A stretch of 24,993 nt of DNA from a virus (lineage: Duplodnaviria; Heunggongvirae; Uroviricota; Caudoviricetes): IMG/VR virus record IMGVR_UViG_2778261537_000018, positions 1-24,993 of that record; one strand, 5' to 3'. The notes beneath the pieces were generated by a model. The model was not told the DNA's origin. It saw only the letters and a list, made by a program, of their open reading frames with translations, and searched no databases. Each line of letters starts with the position of its first letter. Positions within the stretch are counted from its first letter, which is position 1. Below are positions 1 to 7,395 of the stretch, piece after piece. The position numbers and the translations under genes were made by a program.

Positions 1-1719
1 ATGATTTTTAGGGATAGCTTGAGAGTATTACCTTATGGTCGAGTAGATAATGATTTCTTCCAGATAGAAGAAAGACGTTCATGGAATGCAGGGCGATATT
101 ATTGGTCTAATAGAAGGATTTTTGGTTATATTGGAATTACTCAATCCAGTAATAAAGAGCTGAAAGATAAGTCGGGGAGAGAGGGATTCATAAGAAACCA
201 GGCTGCAAGAGAACTGAAAACTATTATATCTAATTTGTTAACTGAACTTGCTGATAGATTTTTTGGTTCACGTTCTGATGACCGTAAAGAGCTTTTAGAA
301 CAAGTTAAGCGTGAAAAAGAGTTAAGAAAATCTGCTCAACAACAAGCTCGAAAATCAACACAAAAAAGTTTTTCAGAAGCTTTGAAGAATCAGACACCAG
401 TTCTTGATGCTTCCTTGGAGGCTGTTAAAAGGCTGAAAACTAAGCTTGATAAAACTGATGGTTCGTTAGATTTAAACTATCTTAAAATTATAGACAGTGA
501 TCTTACAAACTTAGATGCGTTGCGCAGTGAAATTAAAACGCCTATCAAACCTCCAAAACTTGGAATGTATGAAGAGAAATATAGAGACTACAGAGATAAA
601 TTTAATGAGTTCTCTGCGTATATTCTACAAATGAAGTTAGCAATTAATAAACTTGATTCTGAATTAAATAAACTTGAGCCTTCATTGTCAGCGAAAAATC
701 ACCTTGAAAAAAATCAAGGTATTATTAATTCTAAACTAACTAAGTTTAATAACACGATAGAGGAGAAGATACATTCTCTTTTAAAAAAATGGGCCGATGA
801 AATAAAGGTTGATCGAAGTGATTATTATGCTAAAACTATATCAGTTGTTGATTCAATAGATAATGATTCACAAATTGAAAATGTGTTTAATTTGCTCGAT
901 AGTTTATATGTTGAGTCAGTTGATACCCTAATTTTCAAATATCAATCAATAATAAAAGGTCTCGATAGATTATTTGAAGGTATAAACTTAGATTCAGCAT
1001 TCTCATTATCTGAAGAAGAACGCTCATATTTTGAAGAAAAAGCTAAAAGTTTAAACGCGCTTGCACAGTTAGGTATTAGTGTTGAGATAATATCTCATGA
1101 ACTTGAAGAAATGGATTCTATGGTAACCAGAGGACTAAACTCTCTTCCTACTTCTGTAAAAGAACACCCTGGTTTTTCATTGGCGTTAAATGCTCACAGA
1201 TCGCTTACTCAACAAATACGTTTCTTATCACCTTTGAAAATATCAGGTTATCAATCCAGGCAGAGAATAACTGGAAAAAATATCATGGATTATGTCCTGA
1301 AGTTCTTTGGGGAGCGTTTCGAACGGCAACGAATAACTATTGAATTTAGTGAAGAGTTTAAGCAAATCGCAATAACAGATATACCATCAAGGATCTATCC
1401 TGTTTTTACTAATATTATCAACAATGCAATGTATTGGGTCAGTCTGTCAAATAATAGGCTCATAAAGATTGGTTTTGTGAATTCTTTGGTTATCATAGCA
1501 AATTCTGGTCCGGCAATTGATACCGATGATATCCCGCGACTATTTGAACTATTTTATAGCAAAAGAGCAAATGGACATGGGGTAGGTCTGTATCTATGTC
1601 GAGAAAACCTTGCTGTTGCACATCATAAAATATGGTATTCAGAACCTGATGAAGGCGATAACTATTTAATAAAAGATGGCGCTAATTTTGTGATCCAGTT
1701 CAATGGAGTGGAGTTCTAA
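1..1719 (+). CDS. Cytoplasmic histidine-kinase-like protein: coiled-coil N-terminal half, HisKA-like H-box, C-terminal HATPase_c (GHKL) domain
   Basis: ATG at 1, stop TAA 1717-1719. H-box-like IISHELEEM about 100 aa upstream of N-box NIINNAMYW; degenerate G1 box NSGPAID, F-box LFELF, G2 box GHGVGL. N-terminal half is K/E/L-rich (coiled-coil-like) with no obvious hydrophobic TM segment. Both window ends coincide with start codons, so the gene is probably complete. Confidence 0.6.
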   Translation: MIFRDSLRVLPYGRVDNDFFQIEERRSWNAGRYYWSNRRIFGYIGITQSSNKELKDKSGREGFIRNQAARELKTIISNLLTELADRFFGSRSDDRKELLEQVKREKELRKSAQQQARKSTQKSFSEALKNQTPVLDASLEAVKRLKTKLDKTDGSLDLNYLKIIDSDLTNLDALRSEIKTPIKPPKLGMYEEKYRDYRDKFNEFSAYILQMKLAINKLDSELNKLEPSLSAKNHLEKNQGIINSKLTKFNNTIEEKIHSLLKKWADEIKVDRSDYYAKTISVVDSIDNDSQIENVFNLLDSLYVESVDTLIFKYQSIIKGLDRLFEGINLDSAFSLSEEERSYFEEKAKSLNALAQLGISVEIISHELEEMDSMVTRGLNSLPTSVKEHPGFSLALNAHRSLTQQIRFLSPLKISGYQSRQRITGKNIMDYVLKFFGERFERQRITIEFSEEFKQIAITDIPSRIYPVFTNIINNAMYWVSLSNNRLIKIGFVNSLVIIANSGPAIDTDDIPRLFELFYSKRANGHGVGLYLCRENLAVAHHKIWYSEPDEGDNYLIKDGANFVIQFNGVEF

Positions 1720-1720
1720 T

Positions 1721-3469
1721 ATGACAGTGGCAAATTATAATTCTCTTGTCCAGAAAACTTTCTGCGAAAATGCAATTCGTTCCGTTGTCATGATTGATGA
1801 CGATTTTCTGACGTATTCTGAATCAATCAGGGCGTTGAATAACGAAGTTGATTTAGACTACAACAAAATTGACTCATCTAAACGAGCCGCTACTCTTGAG
1901 AGCTTTTTTCAATCTAAAAATATGATTTGTGATGTTGACAATGGTTCTGTTAATTTCGATGTGGATCGGATTAGAAAATCAGATCTTATTATTGTAGATT
2001 ATCATCTTGATAATAATGCACCTGATAAAACACTTAAACTATTACAAGATTTGAAAGACTCCGATCATTTAAATATGATTGTAATATATACTAGAGAGAA
2101 TTTAGAAACGGTTTGGATGCAGATATCATCGACTCTCAAAGGTGCTCTGGATATCAACAGCTTGATCATTGACTACGATAATGAAGATGTCCAAAGTTAT
2201 TGGGAAGACGTTGTATTACCGAACTTAAATGATAATGGTAATAAAGCTCTCACAAGAGATGAAACAATAGCCTATATTAAAGACAGTAAGCCTTGTAGAA
2301 GAATTAAAAGATTAATACATGATGATGCTGTGTTGGAGGATCAAAAGGATAAAAACTTCATTGCAAAAATGATTGCAGAATATGCTGTGTCTAGAAATGC
2401 AATTATTTCTAGCAACACATCTGGCTATGTCATTCGGGGTGATGAAAGCGGAGTAAAATGGATTCAATGTGGTAATATCTTTGTCTCCCTATTTCATAAG
2501 GTTCAAGATGATCATGAAAACGATGGAGATAGGATTTGGCAAACTCTCAATGATTCTCTCATTGAATGGAAACCATCTTATTATCAGTTAATAAAATCTG
2601 AAATTCAGAATGCAATCGAAGCTGAGGCTTTATCTTTTGTAAATCATTTGGCTAACGATCATTACGGTCAAGCTGCGTGGTTAAATGAGATATTAAAATC
2701 AGACTCGCCTGATATTAGATGTAGAAATATTGACTTTGTATTTGGTAATTTATCAGAAGAGCTTTATCAAAGACTTAAAAATAATAATACGCTGGATGAA
2801 TTTATCAAAAGTGTTTTTGATAGCTATTCAAATGAATACGCTAACAGCGGAGTTGCTGCATTGCTCCAATATTGCTCTTCAAAAATGGATCTGCCATCAA
2901 ATAATGATACTTATCACGAAATGTATCATGCTTTAAATATGAATTTGTCTTCAAAGAATTTTGAAGATGGTCATATTTCTACTGGCACTATTTTCTTTGA
3001 TACAGAGTCGAACAAATGGTATTTATGTGTGTCTGCGGCATGTGATTTGGTTCCTACTCAGGGTAACGACCCTCACCATGTAAGATTAAGTCCGCACAGG
3101 CTCATTAAAGTTCTGGAGCTTTTTAACGCCAGTCAGAGTAAAGCATTGCCATTTGCTGAACATTCGAAATATATATATGTAATGCATAAAAATCAAAGAA
3201 AATATCTCTCTATTTTCGAAGGGGATAAAACGCTTCCTGTTGTTGATTATATGGTGGTGTTGAATCATGGAACAACAGTTGATGGCGAAGAAAAAAATAT
3301 TATTTCTGCCGTGTTTTTAAGTAATATGGATGGCAACGTGCAAAATGTTCCTGTCCGACTCAAACTTAAATCTCAACTGAGAACTGGTTATGCAGAAAGA
3401 TATCAGGCTATAGCGTCTCAGTATAGCTCAAGGATTGGTGTGGATTATGTATCAATGATGCTACCATAA
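1721..3469 (+). CDS. Receiver (REC) domain protein with large uncharacterised C-terminal domain
   Basis: ATG 1721 preceded by GGAG at 1709-1712, immediately after the upstream stop (operon-like). N-terminal about 120 aa show REC hallmarks: VVMIDDD (acidic pair), DLIIVDYHLD (phospho-acceptor Asp position), MIVIYT (conserved Thr), then Lys. The remaining about 450 aa have no motif I recognise. ORF track start at 1703 overlaps the upstream gene; 1721 preferred. Confidence 0.6.
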   Translation: MTVANYNSLVQKTFCENAIRSVVMIDDDFLTYSESIRALNNEVDLDYNKIDSSKRAATLESFFQSKNMICDVDNGSVNFDVDRIRKSDLIIVDYHLDNNAPDKTLKLLQDLKDSDHLNMIVIYTRENLETVWMQISSTLKGALDINSLIIDYDNEDVQSYWEDVVLPNLNDNGNKALTRDETIAYIKDSKPCRRIKRLIHDDAVLEDQKDKNFIAKMIAEYAVSRNAIISSNTSGYVIRGDESGVKWIQCGNIFVSLFHKVQDDHENDGDRIWQTLNDSLIEWKPSYYQLIKSEIQNAIEAEALSFVNHLANDHYGQAAWLNEILKSDSPDIRCRNIDFVFGNLSEELYQRLKNNNTLDEFIKSVFDSYSNEYANSGVAALLQYCSSKMDLPSNNDTYHEMYHALNMNLSSKNFEDGHISTGTIFFDTESNKWYLCVSAACDLVPTQGNDPHHVRLSPHRLIKVLELFNASQSKALPFAEHSKYIYVMHKNQRKYLSIFEGDKTLPVVDYMVVLNHGTTVDGEEKNIISAVFLSNMDGNVQNVPVRLKLKSQLRTGYAERYQAIASQYSSRIGVDYVSMMLP

Positions 3470-3540
3470 TTATTATATTTTAGGCGTGGTGATTTTTTTT
3501 CGCCATGCCTATTTTATATTTATCATCACAATGATGTTGT

Positions 3541-3957
3541 TTATTTTTGTTTAAGTCTTCTAAGCTTCATGCATTCTAATGAGAATAATAATAGAGTTGT
3601 GCTGTATATAAAGCCAGAGTTAGTTAATAACTTTAAATTTAATGCTTCAGGATTTTCACTGAGAAAGTGAAAGGCATAAACTAAGTATACAGCTAAAGTA
3701 GCCGTTCCAATTGTTGGTCCAATATCGCCTTGATCATGAGGTTCAAGGTTTACATTGAACTTGAAGATTAGCCATTCAAATCCCCAAGTAAAAAAAACAA
3801 CTAATATCATGGCTGCGAATAATTTCGCGATGTTATCTGCTGATGGATTCATCAGAACAGATTGTTTCTGAAAAAATTCACAAAGTGAGAGTCCGAAAAA
3901 AATAAAAAAAAGTGGTCTGGAACTAAATTTTTCAAAAACTTTGAATAGGGTTTCCAT
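3541..3957 (-). CDS. Small hydrophobic protein (about 4 predicted TM segments), function unknown
   Basis: 138-aa ORF 38 bp downstream of the P4-type int on the same strand; hydrophobic stretches FFIFFGLSL, AAMILVVFFTWGF, ATLAVYLVYAF, FIYSTTLLLF; weak SD (GAAGGT) upstream of ATG at 3957. Confidence 0.4.
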   Translation of the reverse strand: METLFKVFEKFSSRPLFFIFFGLSLCEFFQKQSVLMNPSADNIAKLFAAMILVVFFTWGFEWLIFKFNVNLEPHDQGDIGPTIGTATLAVYLVYAFHFLSENPEALNLKLLTNSGFIYSTTLLLFSLECMKLRRLKQK

Positions 3958-3995
3958 TTTCTTTACCTTCAGGATTATATTAGCTATTCTGATAC

Positions 3996-5225
3996 TTAGG
4001 CTACCAGAGCATTTGATCTTTGAGCTTGAACGTAATCACTCCACCATTGCATCAAACTCTGTCGCTCTATCAGATATTCTGCACGATTGTATGCTGCGAT
4101 AATTTCATCTTTTTTCGAGTGGGCAAGCGCTGCCTCAAGAACTTCAGCTCTGAATTTACCAGACTCCTCTGCCGCTGTTCGTGCAATAGAACGCATACCG
4201 TGAGCTACAAGCTCGCCTCCGAACCCCATTCGGATGATAGCTGCGTTGGCTGTTTGTTCATGCATATGATTAAGAGGCGCTTTTATGCTGGGGAAAACCC
4301 ATTCTCTATGCCCACTTATTGATTTCATTAATTCAAGGATGCGCAAAGCTTCTTTACTCAAAGGAACTTTGTGAAGCTTTTTCATTTTCATGAAATCAGC
4401 AGGAATGTTCCAAATGCTGTTGGTTGTATCAATATCAGACCACCTTGCGCGAACGGCTTCACCCGGACGAACCCATGTCAACAATTGCCATTCAATTAGC
4501 ATACGTGTTTCCAACCGGATTGACGCATTCGTCAAAGATTCCATAAACCTTGGCAATTCGCTTGGGGGAAGGGCAGGCATATTTTGCTTTTTTGGTTTAC
4601 TGAATCTTTGACCAAGGTTGTCAGCCGGGTTGAACTCAATAAGTTCTTCAGTAGCTGCCCACCGGAAGATTTCATTCAGACGTGAAATGATACGGCGTAG
4701 AGTTTCCAATACGCCTCGTTGCTCAATAGGATCAAGGTGTTGTTTTAAGAGCTTAGGTCGGATCTCATTGATAGGGACATTACCCAGACCGGGAAAGACA
4801 TTTCTCTCTAAGCTGCGCCAGATGTCTGCTGCATGGTCTTGTGAGATACCTGATGTCTTTACCTTCTCATCTAACCATTTCCGCGCTACGGCTTGGAGAG
4901 TGTGCTCAGTAGCACTCTTTAATGCCTTCGCCTTATCGTTGTTATGGATTTGGGGATCAACACCATTTGCCAGAAAGGAGAGATATTCATCACGTAAGGC
5001 TCTGGCTCTTGCAAGGGTAAGGTGAGGATATGTCCCAAGGCTCATTTTGGTTCTTTTCTTGCTCACTGGTACTGCATACCTGAAATACCAATTTTTCTTG
5101 CCTCCTTTCGCCAAAGGAGCGATTCGTAGAATCAGACCATCACCGTCAAACAAGTTGATTTCTTTATCGGCTGGCTTGGTGCTTTTGATTTCAGTGTCAG
5201 TGAGCTTCTTAGCGATTTTTGCCAT
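3996..5225 (-). CDS. int: P4-type (CP4-57 IntA-like) tyrosine integrase
   Basis: N-terminus MAKIAKKLTDTEIKSTKP... with the arm-binding (DUF4102-like) signature of P4-family integrases; C-terminal catalytic region HGMRSIARTAAEE...AHS...YNRAEY. Start taken at the internal ATG (5223-5225) rather than the ORF-track start 5267. Sits next to the ssrA-derived 45-bp repeat, as intA does next to ssrA in E. coli K-12. Confidence 0.85.
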   Translation of the reverse strand: MAKIAKKLTDTEIKSTKPADKEINLFDGDGLILRIAPLAKGGKKNWYFRYAVPVSKKRTKMSLGTYPHLTLARARALRDEYLSFLANGVDPQIHNNDKAKALKSATEHTLQAVARKWLDEKVKTSGISQDHAADIWRSLERNVFPGLGNVPINEIRPKLLKQHLDPIEQRGVLETLRRIISRLNEIFRWAATEELIEFNPADNLGQRFSKPKKQNMPALPPSELPRFMESLTNASIRLETRMLIEWQLLTWVRPGEAVRARWSDIDTTNSIWNIPADFMKMKKLHKVPLSKEALRILELMKSISGHREWVFPSIKAPLNHMHEQTANAAIIRMGFGGELVAHGMRSIARTAAEESGKFRAEVLEAALAHSKKDEIIAAYNRAEYLIERQSLMQWWSDYVQAQRSNALVA

Positions 5226-5390
5226 TTTGGGACCCTCGGTTTTTGGACCCTTCTTAGTGGGTCCCATTCAGGGTGCCATAACTCGTAGTTCTCAGCAATT
5301 CTCACTGGACGACAATAGACGTAAAAAAGCCCGCAGAGCTTGTGCTGTGTGGGCTTAGTAGACTTCATTGAACTTCAAACAACTAAAAAG

Positions 5391-5435
5391 TGGTGGAGCT
5401 GGCGGGAGTTGAACCCGCGTCCGAAATTCCTACAT
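5391..5435. repeat. 45-bp direct repeat identical to the 3' end of ssrA (att site between tandem elements)
   Basis: tggtggagctggcgggagttgaacccgcgtccgaaattcctacat is identical at 5391-5435 and 23934-23978 (the 3' end of the intact tmRNA gene); sequences diverge immediately beyond on both sides. Confidence 0.85.
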
Positions 5436-5527
5436 ACTATTATTAATGGTTGAGATGCAATAATTTATCAATATTATCATTGATTTAGTGTTTTGGCGTA
5501 TTAGCAAGTGTTATGCATTTTTACTCT

Positions 5528-5550
5528 TCTGTCGCCATTTTGCCGCCACT
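5528..5550. repeat. 23-bp direct repeat, left copy (tctgtcgccattttgccgccact)
   Basis: Exact 23-mer also present at 23865-23887, same orientation; each copy lies just inside the 45-bp ssrA repeats. Confidence 0.8.
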
Positions 5551-5643
5551 TATACTAATGCAATAGAATATCTACCTACGATAATTTATACTGGAAGTGA
5601 TGAAAAAATAAAAAAATATCAATACTTTTCGATGTGGGGATAT

Positions 5644-7386
5644 ATGAAAACACAGAAATTCGTAAGTGAACTTTTTTTAGAAAATGGGCAGTTTATTCTA
5701 GTTGGCTTAACTGGAAGAACTGGTTCTGGTTGTACTACAGCAGCAACTATTTTAGAAAGTAATGAGACAGTATTTCCCGATGTGGATAAATTAACTGATT
5801 TTTATAATGGTTTAGATTTACAGCGTTATAAGATAGTTAAGGATTTCACTGAGAATCATTGGGAGGCATTTTACTCAATCAAGGTTAGTGACTTGCTATC
5901 AGTTTATTTGTTAGCAATGTCACATACTGAACTTTCACACTTCATCACGTCGTCAACTAAAGATAGCATTGATGAAGATAAATTAAACAAGATACTTAAT
6001 GAAGGAGCATTTTCAAAAACACAACTTAGAAAAATAAGGACGGATATATTAAAAGCACTTATTGATCATAGTCAAGAATTAGATCTCGATAATCTAGATG
6101 TATCTAACATAAGAAAAACATTGCATTTGGTTAGGTTTTTCACTAATAACTTCAAAAAAGAACTTAATGAGATAAATACAGGTCTTTATGTATCAACTTA
6201 TCAGGCCGCTGGAAAATCTGTTAGACGGCTTGGTGAAGTAAAAACAAACTATGAAACAGAAGAATTTGATCCAAAATCGGTATTTCATTTGCCTGAAACT
6301 ATTAATAGGGTCATTAAGCTAATTAGAAAAAGCCAAGGTGGTAAGGCATTAGTAGTTATTGATGCTATACGTAATCCATATGAAGCTAAATTCTTTAAAG
6401 ATAGATATGCTGCATTCCATTTGGTATCAATTAATGCTCCTGATGAGCATAGGAAAAAATATTTACAGAAGCTACACAAGTTTTCATCTGAGCGCATTAA
6501 ACACATTGATGATATTGAATCAGGAAAAGGAGATAAAGACAATCAATATAAACATTTAACGAACCCTAATGTAACGAAATGCATAGAAATTTCGGATATA
6601 CATCTTTATAATCCTAAAAATGAGTTTGATAACAATAACATACTTAAAGCACAACTTGCATGGTATATCGCTCTAATGAAGCATCCTGGATTGATCACTC
6701 CTACAGCGATGGAGCGAGTTATGCAGGTCGCATATACTGTTAAATTAAACTCTGGATGTATATCGAGGCAGGTCGGTGCCGTTGTTACAGATAATGATAA
6801 TTCAATTAAATCAGTTGGTTGGAATGATGTAGCTAAAGGGCAGATACCATGTTCAATGAGATCACTCGATGGGTTGATCAATGATTTTGATTCGAAAGTA
6901 TATAGCTCATATGAGCGAAATGATGCTCTTTTTAGAAAGAAAGCTAAAAGTAATTTAATAAAGTTTAGAGCGATTGAATCAAGCTCTGAAATTTTTAAAG
7001 GACGTAATTTGTCATATTGCTTCAAGGATATTCATAATAGTCTTAATGATGATAAAAAAGGGAATCAGGTCCATACCAGAGCTTTACATGCTGAAGAAAA
7101 TGCCTTTTTACAATTATCTAAATATGGTGGCGTTGGTGTCCAAGGTGGTAAGTTGTATACTACAGCAAGTCCTTGTGAACTTTGTGCAAAAAAAGCATAT
7201 CAATTAGAGGTCGCTGAAATAATTTTCATTGATCCTTATCCGGGTATTGCACAAGATCATATTATTAATATAGGTAATAATCCACCTAAATTAATTCAAT
7301 TTAGAGGGGCAATTGGTAAATCATATCATCGATTATATGAACAAATTATTCCTATGAAAGATGAGTTGGATTATTTATCAATGTAA
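5644..7386 (+). CDS. P-loop kinase-like domain fused to cytidine/deoxycytidylate deaminase domain (AvcD/DcdV-like anti-phage dCTP deaminase architecture)
   Basis: N-terminal Walker-A-like GLTGRTGSGCTT; C-terminal zinc-deaminase signature HAEENAF...SPCELCAKK (H-x-E and PC-x-x-C). Start placed at ATG 5644 (GGGGA 3-7 nt upstream); in-frame alternatives at 5632 and 5488. AT-rich relative to phage backbone. Stop 7384-7386 is 9 bp from the convergent int stop. Confidence 0.65.
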   Translation: MKTQKFVSELFLENGQFILVGLTGRTGSGCTTAATILESNETVFPDVDKLTDFYNGLDLQRYKIVKDFTENHWEAFYSIKVSDLLSVYLLAMSHTELSHFITSSTKDSIDEDKLNKILNEGAFSKTQLRKIRTDILKALIDHSQELDLDNLDVSNIRKTLHLVRFFTNNFKKELNEINTGLYVSTYQAAGKSVRRLGEVKTNYETEEFDPKSVFHLPETINRVIKLIRKSQGGKALVVIDAIRNPYEAKFFKDRYAAFHLVSINAPDEHRKKYLQKLHKFSSERIKHIDDIESGKGDKDNQYKHLTNPNVTKCIEISDIHLYNPKNEFDNNNILKAQLAWYIALMKHPGLITPTAMERVMQVAYTVKLNSGCISRQVGAVVTDNDNSIKSVGWNDVAKGQIPCSMRSLDGLINDFDSKVYSSYERNDALFRKKAKSNLIKFRAIESSSEIFKGRNLSYCFKDIHNSLNDDKKGNQVHTRALHAEENAFLQLSKYGGVGVQGGKLYTTASPCELCAKKAYQLEVAEIIFIDPYPGIAQDHIINIGNNPPKLIQFRGAIGKSYHRLYEQIIPMKDELDYLSM

Positions 7387-7395
7387 GTCTGTACA

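Larger units (their letters stand above)
1..5435. mobile_element. P4-type integrative element (satellite-like island), partial; extends beyond window start
   Basis: att-like ssrA repeat at 5391-5435 followed by a P4-type int reading away from it, then AT-rich cargo genes (3541-3957 and 1-3469). The far boundary is not in the window. Confidence 0.55.

Noticed and set aside
2730-3268. Small ORFs 2730-2936 (+) and 3086-3268 (-) inside the REC-protein gene
   Set aside because: Embedded within a longer, motif-supported CDS; no independent signals.
3470-3540. Possible bidirectional terminator (T-run flanked by ggcgtgg...cgccatgcc) between the convergent REC-protein and membrane-protein genes
   Set aside because: Stem is only about 4-5 bp with mismatches; too weak to call without folding energy calculation.
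4020-5368. Several ORFs (4020-4322, 4390-4611, 4618-5025, 5047-5358 on +; 5132-5368 on -) overlapping the P4-type integrase gene
   Set aside because: All are antisense or out-of-frame to a well-supported integrase CDS, lack SD sequences and have low-complexity, Cys/Arg-rich translations typical of spurious ORFs.
5488-5643. N-terminal extension of the deaminase ORF back to 5488
   Set aside because: No SD upstream of 5488 or 5632; the extension is hydrophobic/odd (MFWRISKCYAFLLFCRHF...) and contains the 23-bp repeat; the P-loop lies about 20 residues after ATG 5644, which has a GGGGA SD.
6285-7207. ORFs 6285-6542 (-), 6359-6559 (+), 6606-7025 (-), 6974-7207 (+) inside the deaminase gene
   Set aside because: Overlap the deaminase CDS in other frames or on the opposite strand; AT-rich sequence generates random ORFs.
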